NCBI GenBank assembly: GCA_951406725.2
Contig: OX597831.1
Location: forward strand, 65,038,001-65,102,000
Reading direction: 5' to 3'
DNA: 64,000 nt
DNA from: Octopus vulgaris
Lineage: Eukaryota
Below are positions 1 to 12,943 of this stretch, in pieces. A model generated the notes under the pieces. It ran no database searches, had not been told where the DNA came from, and saw only the letters and a list, made by a program, of their open reading frames with translations. Position 1 is the first letter of the stretch, and every line of letters begins with the position of its first letter. The translations under genes and the position numbers were made by a program.

Positions 1-526
1 GTACATGGGTATGGGTATGTATATGTATATATATGTATATGTATATGTATATGTATGTGTATGTATATGTATATATGTATGTATATGTGGGTATGTATGT
101 ATATGTATAGATATATGTGAATATGCGGGTGTATATATGTGTATATATATATATGTAGATGTACAAGTGAGAGTCTCCCTACTTACCTAAAACTCTATTT
201 TTCTATTTATATATTTTTATTTTTTTATTTTTTTATTCTTTTATTTATTCTTTTATCTACTTTACCACCGATTCCTTTGACCACTCCCCTAATAACGACG
301 TTTTTGCGTCATGCCTACCCCCAAAAAAGTCCCCCACCACCACCCATTTAAACCTGCCTAAATGTATAAATGCCAAAACAACTCTTGTCTCCTAGCTTCC
401 TGATGATTTCTTTTGAATGAAACAGTTCTAGTCCTGTAGAAGCTCCTTCTATAAAATAAATTAATTTACTCTGCTATGTATTGAGTACCTTATTTACTGT
501 GGTTAACCCCGACTCAACCCGGGACC

Positions 527-575
<49 letters not shown>

Positions 576-777
576 GGATGAATGAATTATCCTTTGTCTA
601 CCGTTAACTTGGAAAATTCAATAAACAGTTACCAGGATAGCAAAATTCACGCAAGTAACTCGGATGAAGCGACCTATTCAAAGGTAGAAACTCCGGGTTA
701 ATGTGCAGTAATTTGTGTATTATAAATAAATAAATAAATGGAGTTGAACGAAGATGTTATTAAAATTCTTTACATAT

Positions 778-832
<55 letters not shown>

Positions 833-1045
833 ATGGGCTTCTTTCAGTTTCCGTCAGCCAGATCCACTCAGAAAGCTTTGACTGGCCTGAGGCTATAGCA
901 GAAGACAATAACAGAATGAAGATATTACTTTATCCAGTCTAAAAAATATTTGAGTAGTTAAAGGGAAGTAACTACCTTACCTTTACATGGTTTATGACTA
1001 TAGTTATCTCCCACTAAATACAAATATATATGTTTATATAGACAT

Positions 1046-1099
<54 letters not shown>

Positions 1100-1468
1100 A
1101 GACACGCACACGCACACACACACACATGACTTGAACAACTTGGGTTTGGGCCATAATTGGCGCAGGCTGAAAAGCACCACCGTCATGTTTAAGGTCATCA
1201 TAGTCCATGCAATTAGGGTATTGTTTGACAGCATATATATAGGTGTTAGTATTTTGGCTGGTATTTCCGAGAGGAATTTGTTTGAGCGATATGAAATCCA
1301 TTTCTTGCTTGATTAGTTTCGGAATTATGTCGATAAAACGGTTCCGGTTGAAGCAAAATTTAAGTTGTTTTTCAATGTTATGAGCTTCGTTTTTGTCCAA
1401 GCCTTGGGTGACTTGCGCAATTGATAGCCACATCTTACCTGTTTAATTCTCCTTTCACAACAATGCAA

Positions 1469-1906
1469 GGATCTTTTCGGTTTGAACGGCAGTTTTTTCT
1501 AGCGGTGTCATATGAAATTGTCACCCATAATTATGACCCTAGTATCGATCTATTGCATTTCAATCTGTTTTAGGTTAGGGTTAGGGTTAGAGTTAGTTAG
1601 GGTTAGGGTTAGGGGTGGGGGAAGGGTATTTTTTTTTCTTCACAAATGTAAATAAACCCAATCTGCTTCTTAAACGAGGGACATATGGCACAGAATGTTT
1701 TCACCTCAATAGACGTCACTGATTAGTTGAAATTGCAGAAATTGAAGAGAAAAAAAAAACAAATATCTTACTAACTATAGAATTTTCTCAATAAAGCCAA
1801 GAGAAAAAGATGTTTTATAAACACATTCTACCAGTATACGAAGTTCGAAAGTGTTTAGTTACGTGGAAATTATTTTAAAAAACTGCCGTTCAAACCGAAA
1901 AGATCC
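1469..1906 (+). mobile_element. Non-autonomous TIR DNA transposon (MITE) with internal TTAGGG repeats, copy 1; Merlin- or MULE-like
   Basis: ~28-bp TIRs GGATCTTTTCGGTTTGAACGGCAGTTTT ... AACTGCCGTTCAAACCGAAAAGATCC; (TTAGGG)n-like tract ~1570-1615; three more copies in window. Confidence 0.85.
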
Positions 1907-2334
1907 CCTTTTGGTGCCTTTCCTTTACCACCTTACCAATACTCCATCAGGATTACCATTGAAACTTTACACTCCTTAGACTCTATCATCATGGATATTC
2001 CTGTATACTATTGTTGATTTGTGTGCGCGCACGCGCGCGACTATCTGCCAGGCTCTTATTTAAAAAGTCCCTAATGAACCACTTAAATATACACACATGC
2101 ACTCCAGGGACCGAAAGTAGTATGTTCTGTCTTGCCTAATCTCACAGTGAGACCCTATTCATAATCAATTAACATTCGCAGATCGATAGCGAAACAATTC
2201 TAGCATTTTAGAATGGTAAATCCGTAGCTAAGCACAGCTGCTTTCACAATCAATAAAAAATATCATATAGCTAGACAACCTGGCTTTAGCAATCAATAAA
2301 TAATAATAGATCCTATAGGTCAGACAATGAATTC

Positions 2335-2830
2335 AATACGCAAACAACGAGAGAAACAAATGGAAAACAGGTCAAGTAACACAAAGAACGACCCTTCATC
2401 AGCTGTCGGCTGTCTATCTACTCCTCATTTCGAGAATTCAACGACAATAGGAATCTTCGAAGACAGTTGCTCCCATAAGTACCCAAATAAAATTTAAGAT
2501 TTATGGAGGGTCAAAGTTGGGAACAAGAACAGGACAGTGCAGGCATACAAGGAAACCGAACGAAAACAAACATGGAGGGCCGTTAGACCAGAACGAAAGT
2601 AAAATAACGAACGCTGGAGAAATATTTTCTTTGACAAGAGAAAATAAATCCTTTCTCTAATTCCCTTTTTCCCTCCCCTTCGTCGTTTTCTATCTGTCTC
2701 TCTCCTTCTTTCTCTGTTTCTCTCTCTCGTTGCTCACACGTGACCATCGTCCATCTTTCTCTTCCTCACGTGATCTCTTTCTTTTCTTTCAGGACTGTCT
2801 TAAGGACAGCACGTATCTTATCTCTCTCTT
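2335..2830. mobile_element. Dispersed repeat, probably Penelope-like terminal-repeat derivative, with internal inversion near 2645
   Basis: 2335-2640 is the reverse complement of 10715-11000 and 27830-28160; 2650-2830 matches ~27660-27830 in the same orientation; family carries CTGATGA and TCGAAA boxes; other copies sit next to (TA)n. Confidence 0.55.
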
Positions 2831-2918
2831 CTATCAACAAACAAGATGAGGACAAATATCCGTCAAATGTAAATAATGAACATAATGTACGTAATTCCTC
2901 ATCTCTTAAATACAGAAC

Positions 2919-3001
<83 letters not shown>

Positions 3002-3614
3002 AATTACAACAAAAGTTTAAATTTTGGACTTAGAGTTACTGAAGGTTTCGTATCCACTTTCACACTTTAACTATGGGTCTTTTATCCGAGGACCTATACA
3101 CTTATACATATACACACACTCATACATATATTAATGGTTATCAAAGAACGTATGCATGTTTAAAGGTTATTAAATTGTTACTAAGATATGTAAAAGTAGT
3201 TATTAATGTGACATCATAGGAGCAATGATAATGTGAGATGTGAGGGTAGTAGTTATTCCAAAGGGTTTTAAAGACACATAAATAAATGGACACATACCAA
3301 AATCAATTTTCTCTATTACATATGTGAGAAATTCTGTCTGTGGTTGTGTTTGTGGAGTTGTTAGCTAAATAATAATTAATGAAAGTCAATTGTTGCTCGT
3401 CGATATTTTTCCATTTTCTGCTTTCTTTAAATTTCGATTCTTGATAAGCTCATGTTTATCCTTGTCTTTACTTATGATTAATGAGCATAATATGCTTGCG
3501 TATGTATGCCCATGGTTAAACATAGGTAATATGCCGGTAGTGTAATGGAAACTTCTATCCATTAGACGGTTATTTTAACCTCCAACTCAGTTAACCTTCA
3601 TATATATATATATA

Positions 3615-3785
3615 TAGGGAGAGTTTACGATAAAAACAAAAGACGAAGACAAGTGGTGTACAAAACAAACAGATGTATGAGTATAACGCTCAGGAATAGA
3701 AAAAGTCTAATACGTTTCGAGCCTACGCGCTTCTACAGAAAGGGACACAGAAAAAACAAGGAGAGAAATAAGGAGAGAAAAAATA
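3615..3785 (-). mobile_element. Short Penelope-like terminal-repeat remnant (second copy 13632-13775)
   Basis: Near-identical to 13632-13775; both begin directly after (TA)n; hammerhead-like motif on minus strand. Confidence 0.55.
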
Positions 3786-3787
3786 CA

Positions 3788-3866
<79 letters not shown>

Positions 3867-3868
3867 GG

Positions 3869-3901
<33 letters not shown>

Positions 3902-3979
3902 CACACACACATGTATTTATACTTTTTTACTTTTATTTGTTTCAGTCATTTGAGTACGGCCATGGTGGAACACCGCCAT

Positions 3980-4066
<87 letters not shown>

Positions 4067-4390
4067 CATACATACATACATACATACATACATACATACA
4101 TACATACATACGCCCTTCCACCAATGCCCTTGGGCCCGGCATAAAGTGTTTGACCAAGATATACACCAATGCATCCATGTACACATACGCATACCCCCAT
4201 AAGGCGGACACCCCGCAGTTAGCTATTACCCACTACCCCCAGCACATACTCCCTCACGCAAATTGTCCCCTACATATCAACAAACCACACACACATTATA
4301 CATTACACTCCCCACGCTAATATAAAAAAACCCACAGTTTAATCCTTTACAGAAAGAAAACAGAATATAAAGAACTCAGCGTTATATATA

Positions 4391-6184
4391 TGTAAAGGAT
4401 GAAATTAATTAGTAAACAATAATGAGATGTCGGCGCCGTAATCAGTGTGTAAAGAATTCGTTCTTCGTTGATTGCCATTATGTAAAGATGAAGGAACAGT
4501 AATTGAAGTTGTGAAGAAAATATTTATTTTCTACCTTTACATTCTACAATGCCTTGCCTCGACAGACAGGTGATAAAATCAAAGAGCGTGCAAAGTAAAA
4601 AAAGTTAATTTTGGCCTGTGTGTTCGTATTGTTGTAGTAAACCATAGAGAGAGATATAAGTAATGTGCAGAGAAGACAAAGTGAGTTAGTGAAAATGGGA
4701 GAGTGTGGAACGAAACAACTGCTTCGTTGAAGAAATACTATAGTTGTTCTAGCCGATCAGCCATTCTCACTAAATGAGCTGTCACCAAAATGACTAACTG
4801 GTTTTTGCTTGGGTTTCTTGCTTTTATAACTATCCAGAAGGATAGACATATCGTTGAGAACAATGGGCTTCGTTGGTGGTACTATGATATCTCTATTCTA
4901 GCTTTTGGTGAAATAGAAGCGGTGAGAAAGGGTCAAGTGGTGAAGACATTATTTCGGCCTAGCTGAAGGCATCTGGAAAATGTAAAACTGCTGTCAGAGA
5001 AAAACCATTGTTCCACCGTGAGAAAAGTTCTGTTGAACTGTTAATTTAAATTTAGCTATGGTAGATTGAATCCACTTCATGCCTGCAAGATCCAACATAG
5101 TGTTACGGAGGTAAAATTAACAGAAGAACATTGTGCTCTAGTTCCGTTGGTTGGAGTTGAACCGGCGCTCCAGTTGTTCAGGATGACAAAAAAATCCTTT
5201 GTCCTGTCAACGGCAACGGTAAATAATGAGTTTAGGAAGTGATTTCTGATCCCTACACGGTCAGGGAAAGTTGAAAAAAAAAGAATTCCACCCTTTAAAA
5301 TCGACGGGCACTGGTGTTAGCGGGTCAGTCAGCGAGAGGCCGGATAAAGAGAAGGTGAGTTGGCAAGAGGGGTCAGTTGGCAAGAGGCGGTAATTGGGGA
5401 GAGACGGTCAGTCGATGCGGACAGCCAGTCAGGAGATGATAACGGCGAAGCGAGGAAGACAGGCAGTGAATGTGAGAATTGACGAGCGGGAGGAAGTAAG
5501 GAAGATGGCAGTGTAGGGGGGGCAGAGAGAGACATTTTGAATTCGAACTGATATAGTGGGGTTTTGTTTTGAGTGTTGCGGACGAGGAACATGCCGTAAT
5601 GTTTATTAACGTTTTGATTTGTGTTTTGAACTTTGATGTTTTAAATGTAAAAAAAGGGGACTTTGTGACATAATCTGTTGAAAAGAAAAGGTAAAAAAGA
5701 GAACTTGTAAATGTAGAAAAAAACAGAAAGACTGATGAAAAGGAAAGAAAAGGAATCTTTGAGAACGAACTCTCAGTGTTAGAAGGAGAGAGAGAAAAGA
5801 GACTGTAAAAAGAAAAGAAAGAAAGAGAAAGACTATTTGCTTTGATTGTTGTCGAGCGTTGTATTTTGCTAAATGCCATTGATTGTTCTTTATTTAAACT
5901 CTGTGTACGATCTGTTAAATGTTTGTTAACCTTGTAGTTAAATGCTTTTGTTTTGAAATGTTTTGATTGATTTTGTGAAGTTATAAATTGTTGAAGTACT
6001 CCACTGTCTCTCTCCTTTGTTGTTGTTGTCTCGGTTACTGACTTGCGTTCGCCGCTTTTACTCCGCTTTCTGTGGTGGACTTCCGTTTGACTGAGCACTG
6101 AGCGTCGTCGCGGCTTAGGGCCCGTTATCGACCCGGAAGGCCTGGGGTCTTAGGGTCCTGAGTTGAATGAGCGGCGGCGTAACA
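4391..6184 (-). mobile_element. Probable long solo LTR inserted in (TA)n
   Basis: Minus-strand termini TGTTAC...TTACA, flanked by ATATA on both sides; minus-strand TATA-like TATAAAA (~4825) and AATAAA (~4525); no recognisable protein domain. Confidence 0.45.
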
Positions 6185-6674
6185 ATATATATATATCTAC
6201 ACCCTTAGAAAATTTAATATATATGACACCCCCCGAAAACTTTATATATATAACACCGCTACACACACCACACACCCCGTCCCGCAGAGAAACCACATTA
6301 TTAATACAAACTTTCCCCACTTCAAGATGACTTTCACCGTCTCCACAACATACCTAACTTAGCAGAATGCTTTGGAACTTTTTCATTTCACCACCTTTTT
6401 ACAGCAGACGCCGACCGGTTGTGCTAATCCACCTCCACCAGTAGAGAGTAGTCACCATATTCCCTTCCATGTCGGCTACCTCTGATGAGCGTATTTATAT
6501 AATTGGCTTGTTGCCTAACACTCCATTGTATTTTTTGCGCAAAACTGATGAGTAAGACCAACTGTGATGGACACTTAATACTATAAAATTCGGATAATAT
6601 ATATCTATATATATACACACACATACAGACATACATATATATATATATACACTATATATACACTATATATACAC

Positions 6675-6747
<73 letters not shown>

Positions 6748-6760
6748 TATATATATACAC

Positions 6761-6858
<98 letters not shown>

Positions 6859-6942
6859 CACACATACATAGACACACACATACACACACACGCATATACC
6901 TAATGCACAAAAGGGATAGAGATGCAGGTAAAGCTGTAAAGT

Positions 6943-7740
6943 GTGACAACCGATGCAGACAGTGGAGTTCACACCGAAGATCTCACCCACATCATAAACA
7001 GTTGTCCGAAAATGTCATCACGGTTTTATCTACCGATGAGACATGACGTTGTAACTAGGACACTCTATAATGAAATTCGTCGGAAGGATAATCCCGAGGA
7101 CAAAGAAATGAGAACCCACAATATGGTAGAAGCCATAGCGACTCATAATGAAAAGGAATACTGGTGGAATGTACCAGTAAAGACTTCAATAAAATGTAAG
7201 CACACCAAACCTGATATAAAGATTTGGGATACAGAAGAGAAACTGTGCACTGTTGTGGAAATTAGCTGCCCAGTGGATGTTAACATAAAGCTGAAGATCA
7301 GGGAAAAGGAGAACGCCTGTGCTGAACTATTGAGAAATCTGTAGTTACTCTATCCAGATTACAAGTTCAGGTTTATACCTGTAATTACTAGGGCCCTGGG
7401 GTATGTAACACACTGCCTAAGTACCAATCTTGAGAAAGTAGGCTTCTCAAAACAGAGAGGAGAAAACTAATTCGAAGTCTGCAGATCCAATCCATCACTG
7501 GAACTAAAAATCTGTAAAACTTTCTAGAAGTTTAACATTTAAATATATATGAGCATGTCTAGATATGTAACTCTATGCATGAGAATACATACATAAAGCA
7601 TACAAATCTGTACATACATACATACATACATACATACATACCCTTTTGTTGATGTTGAAATTCCAATGAAGGAGCCTTGGATCTGGGTTAGAAACCGGTT
7701 TTTTCTCTATTGGCAAGAAACTTGAAATAAACTGAATAAT
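6943..7740 (+). mobile_element. 5'-truncated RLE-type non-LTR retrotransposon (R4/Dong-like), C-terminal zinc knuckle, restriction-like endonuclease and 3' UTR
   Basis: ORF 6943-7344: [10 protein letters not shown]...RHDVV...KPDIKIWD...VVEISCP; premature stop; flanked by microsatellites. Confidence 0.8.
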
Positions 7741-8255
7741 GACATGCATACATTATACAATGCATTATACAATGTATGCATGTATATGTAAATCAACGTT
7801 CACCACCACCACCACTGTATACATGATCAAAGCAACCAGCATCAACACCATAACCAAAACAGCCAACCCAACAACACCATTAGCAGTTGAACGAAATAAG
7901 TAACTTCACCGAAAATGAAAGACGATGACGTGAGATACGCTGGTGTATTTCAGTAGCTGAATAAAATGTCTTTCATTCAGTAGCTGAATAAAATGTCTTA
8001 GGTGCATGAGGATTGACTTGAGGTTTAACAGCAACAATATGTTCATCACCACCACCAGCAATACTCCACCACCTTCCCCAACACCACCACCACCACCACC
8101 ACCACTAACAGCGCCATCAAAACCTGTTCAGCCAAGGCCTTCACTACCAGCCCATGAAAATTTTGAATAACTAGCGACGACAATAATTTTATCTGCATGT
8201 TAACAATGTCTATAACTGACTGAACCGGTTCAAGGTACCGGCAACTCGGGCAGTC

Positions 8256-8917
8256 GCCCGGGGCGCGAAATTTTTTTCCCACGAGAGTTCCGGACCCAGC
8301 TATGATCTCATTTACATACAGCCAATCAGAGCTCAACTATCAAACTAGTGTCCACCTAGTCACGAAAATACTCTGGTTGAGTTCATTGGAAAATGTGCGT
8401 TATAGCAAAATCCAACTGTTCTAAACGGGTTAATAGGGGTGACAGGTGTGAAATTTAGTGTATAAAGTGAATGGTGAGCTGCTCACCGACGATGCCTAAG
8501 TGTTACCAATTTGCCTAATTTACTAGAAAATGTAAATGAGTGTAGTTTCCTAATTTTTTGACTGGTTTTGTACATTCCTAAAATGTTGGTGTTGATCTGG
8601 AAAAATCGTAATCAATATGGCGTTGTGTCGTATTGTACCTTTCTTATATATATCAATGGGTACATGCAGTATCACTAATCTCAGTCTGAGCATAGGTACC
8701 TAATGTTAGCTCCATTGGTCTATGATCGTGCTCAATTGGTCTATGAAGATGGGGATGGGGCGGGAATGTGGTATTTATGTGAGACTTGCTATGCTGTACT
8801 CACAGAGTGGCATACACAATAGGTGAATTTTCAAGGTGAGCTCTGATTGACTGTATGCAAATGAGTTCATTACTGAGTCCGGAACTCTCGTGGGAAAAAA
8901 ATTCGCGCCCGGGGCGC
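8256..8917. mobile_element. Inverted-repeat element (MITE-like) with ~80-bp imperfect arms
   Basis: 8256-8337 is the imperfect reverse complement of 8836-8917; exact ends and TSD not resolved. Confidence 0.5.
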
Positions 8918-10239
8918 CATGTACTAGGGGCGTCAAGAGGGCGTGACAAATGCAAGGAAATTTCCACGACCGTCAGCTTGTACAAACCTTGTGGGGGAAA
9001 TGTTGTGGGGGAAATGTTTTCCTGAAAGTCATGAAGGGAAAAATCGGATCGTATGAATTTTCCGAAAGTCCTCTCTCCACTCATCCTCCGTTCGTTTGCG
9101 CAAATTTTTGTTTTCATATTCGTGTTCTACATGCTCTCGAAAACTAGGCCTCTCATTCAGGCCAGAAAATACGTCTCCTCGAATTAGTAGCTAACTTTCC
9201 ACCAAGCTCAAGTTGGCCAACACGAGAGTATTTTTCACACAGCTGAGATGGTGTTGCTGCTTCAAATAAAATCCAACACCGCATCCAAAAGAAGTCGTCA
9301 AATTGTTTGTTCATTAACGCATAATAACCACTGACTCGTTGATATAATGTTCCTCTTTCTGCTTCTACCCCTACTACAGTCTTTTATTTATTTTTTTTTT
9401 TTTTTTTTGTAAGCTGCACACCAGCCTCCACCCAAACCAGTTCATTTTTCTTCTCCCGTCATCCTTCTCTCTCACCAGATCTCAACTTAATATTATTATT
9501 TTCGCCTGGATTTCTGGAATGCCACGACCACCACATTTTCCTGCAGACATCAATTTACAGAAATTAATTGCCCCCTCTTCATCAGAATTGATTAATAAAG
9601 TTCTATTTTTTAGGAATGCTTCTATAATGCTTTAAAAAATGTCGCTATTTACCACCATTTTAACGTTAAGCATGGGTCCACACCTCCTCTAATTAGCTTT
9701 AAGCGTTGGCAATGAAATTATATGGAAGCTATAAATAACATCGTAGAAAACACAGTATATGTGTTTTGTTTATTCGCTGAATTTTCTGCGGGATAACGTT
9801 TAAGAAAACTCCTTATAAATGCTGTGTGATAAAACACCTGAAAGTCATAGACCAGGCGAGACAACTCGCCTCGGATCGAACCAAGGAGTGGTGGCTACCG
9901 ATATTTTACCATTATTATGGCTTATCGACACCACGCACTTGGATCGAATAGTTTTCACACTCAGTGACCCGGGAATGAACTTTGCTAAGGGGTACAAACC
10001 CAGGTCCAAATTTTTTTTTACAAAGAAGCTCGATTTTTTTCAATCTTAATATCAAAACAATCACAGGTATAATAATCCTTTCCACTAAAGGCACAAGGCC
10101 TGAAATTTGGGGGGAGGGGAGAGGAGTCAATAACCATGATGAACCACTTGTAGCCACCTTTTTGATAAACAGCTTCAGCACCGCCTTTAAAATTTGTAGT
10201 TCAAGCCAGAGATTTACTGGTAAAACAATCTGAGCACTG

Positions 10240-10362
10240 AAAAAATTACAAAAATCGATTCCAGGTGATAAAGCCGTGGGAACGTGTGTTTGTACGCGCA
10301 AGTACATCAGCTGTTGCGATCGATACTACGCGTTGTAGTGAATAAAATCGTTTTTCTTTGAA
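10240..10362 (+). mobile_element. Fragment of the Helitron family at 12942-13371 and 50181-51486
   Basis: Reverse complement of ~13118-13250. Confidence 0.6.
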
Positions 10363-10391
10363 TTTTACCTATTACATAATGTCATTAGATG

Positions 10392-10424
<33 letters not shown>

Positions 10425-11043
10425 CGTGCATATTCACGAGCCTCTATCTTACTGCAAGATGGTAGCGTCTCCATTTGCAGCGCAAATTTTCGAGACGTTG
10501 GCGGAATACTGATGAACCGATCTCTTGTTCACAGAGAAACCTTGATCTCAGTCCCTTATATTTCTTCTTTTGATGCTGTCTTCATAATAAAACCCACAGA
10601 ACCGCAATCACGGACATAATGGCTACTACAAACAACTATAAGTCAAATTTACTACAATAAAGAAATATGCAATGACCATTATCATTATTTATGCCTTGTC
10701 TTGTATATATATATAACCTTGTTCTAGTCTAACGACCTTCCATGTCTGTGTACGTTCGGTTTCCTTGTATGTCTCCACTGTCCTGTTTTTGTTCCTAATT
10801 TTGACCCTCCATAAATCCCAAATTTTATTTTAGAATTTATGAGAGCAACTGTCTTCGAAGACTCATATTGTCGTTAAATGCTCGAAAGGAGGAGTAGATA
10901 GACAGCCGACAACTGATGAGAGGTCGTTCTTTGTGTTACTTGACCTGTTTTCCATTTGTTTCTCTCGTTGTTTGCGTATTGGACTCATTTGTTTTCGTAT
11001 TTCATGTTGTTTAATGTTGGTGATGTCATGTACTCATACATGC

Positions 11044-11126
<83 letters not shown>

Positions 11127-11405
11127 ATGTTACATTACTCGGTAGTCAAGATAAAACTCTGAGTTTCAGATGCCGAAGTGGAAATCCACAACACCATCTC
11201 TTCGGTTATCTGGCTATTTGAAAACGTTATGAAAAAATACCGTTAAAAATGAAGGGAAATTACTCTGTTATAACTCTGCTTTGCCTGCGTACTTATACAT
11301 CGCTCGCATTTTTCGTCATAAAAATTATATAAAAATACATAAAAATATATAAAAATATATAAAAATATATAAAATCTTCTTGGGACATAACACAGAAAGC
11401 ATGTT

Positions 11406-11843
11406 CTATCCGTTTTCTTTAGGGGACCAAAAACGTAACAGAAATTTAGTCACATGTGGGCATGATCCGAAAAGCTCTGTCCTTGTATTTAGACATGTGG
11501 TAGGGTCTAAGCTGCTTTTCCAGATAAGCCATCTCTCCATGTCGCATAAACCGCACCTTCCGCTGCCGTTAGTATAGGGCTTACATCTGGCCAAAATCTT
11601 CCATTGTATGTTATAATCGACACCTTTATCTCTTAAAGACCAAATATGATTGGATAATTGTGTCGCTTTTCTTTTGTTCCAGTGCCTAAAGCTCAAAGTG
11701 TGGTTATTGAACCTGGCCTTGAAATTACCCTCTGTCAGGCCCACGTATTTCTTCGTCGAAACGGTGTCTTTAGTGGTTATAGAGTTTACGGTAGCTTCAT
11801 ATATGATGGTCTTGGACATGCAAGCTCCATTTAGCGGGCACAA
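11406..11843 (-). pseudogene. GIY-YIG endonuclease domain of the Penelope-like element
   Basis: ORF track 145 aa: CPLNGAC...IIYEAT...YVGLTEGNFKARFNNH...CGLCDME. Confidence 0.85.
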
Positions 11844-12707
11844 TTCTTTATTCCTGCATGAACAGCTGTTTTCTTCTTGTGTTTTTTGTATGTTATGATT
11901 GATTATGTTTTTAAAAATTGGTAGTTGAACTAAAACTAATTTTTAAATTGTGTCTATTGAAGAGTTTCCTATAAGCATGGTTAACTGGAAAATGTCTATC
12001 TATCAGTGCTAGGAAATATTTACCTATATTGAAGGCCACCTCGGGTGAGTAAGGGGGCGTAAACCAGATGACCTTCCTATTTCTATTATTCCTTTTCCTT
12101 ATTGTTGGGCTGGTGATAGGTGTATATTTTATTTTTTCGCTAAAACCACTATCTTTTAAAGCTTTATTATAAACTGGGGCAACGCTATTGAAGATGTCCT
12201 CATTAGATGAGAGGCTAGAAATCCTCTTACTAATATTTTAACTAAATTTTTGAATACTATAGGGGGATGGCATGAACCTACATTAATATAACTTAGTCTA
12301 TCATTGGGCTTCCTATAAGGCTTATAAATATTATTATTAAGATCTAAGGAAACGTCTAAGAAATTGACAACCGTCAGGTTAGTGTCTATAGTTATACTAA
12401 GTCCGAAGTGTTTCATTACCACATGTCTAAATACAAGGACAGAGCTTTTCGGATCATGCCCACATGTGACTAAATTTCTGTTACGTTTTTGGTCCCCTAA
12501 AGAAAACGGATAGAACATGCTTTCTGTGTTATGTCCCAAGAAGATTTTATATATTTTTATATATTTTTATATATTTTTATGTATTTTTATATAATTTTTA
12601 TGACGAAAAATGCGAGCGATGTATAAGTACGCAGGCAAAGCAGAGTTATAACAGAGTAATTTCCCTTCATTTTTAACGGTATTTTTTCATAACGTTTTCA
12701 AATAGCC

Positions 12708-12770
12708 AGATAACCGAAGAGATGGTGTTGTGGATTTCCACTTCGGCATCTGAAACTCAGAGTTTTATCT
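12708..12770 (+). ncRNA. Atypical type I hammerhead ribozyme motif (mirror copy 11149-11211 on minus)
   Basis: Stem I AGATAA/TTATCT; core CCGAAGA; stem II GATG/CATC plus extra U; GAAA; quasi-palindromic stem III ACTC-A-GAGT; GUU triplet. Confidence 0.55.
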
Positions 12771-12866
12771 TGACTACCGAGTAATGTAACATATTGTATA
12801 GATAAATTTCCTCTATTTACATAATATTGAGGTCTCTTTCTTTCTTTTGTTATCTTACCGTTTTAT

Positions 12867-12941
<75 letters not shown>

Positions 12942-12943
<2 letters not shown>

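Larger units (their letters stand above)
11119..12870 (-). mobile_element. Penelope-like retroelement (Hydra-clade-like), 5'-truncated, with inverted pseudo-LTR
   Basis: Minus strand encodes RT C-terminus (VNFLDVSLDL...YRKPND..YINVGSCHP), CSCRNKELCPLNGAC linker and GIY-YIG (IIYEATV...KYVGLTE) with ~2 frameshifts; 384-bp inverted arms 11119-11502 and 12417-12800; ~70-nt tail; (TA)n on both sides. Confidence 0.9.

Noticed and set aside
640-715. CGGATGA...GAAACTCCGGGTTA hammerhead-like string
   Set aside because: Core and stem I too degenerate to call; at most a decayed pLTR remnant
1128-1433. Minus-strand open frame next to (CA)n
   Set aside because: No recognisable motif or splice context
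1570-1620. TTAGGG repeats as a chromosome end or fusion scar
   Set aside because: Internal to a TIR element present in four copies
5373-6098. 241-aa minus-strand ORF
   Set aside because: Non-ATG start, low-complexity, inside an LTR-like repeat
12156-12539. ORF beginning MGHNTESMF as a duplicated gene (also 11380)
   Set aside because: Antisense reading of the inverted pLTR fused to the RT fragment
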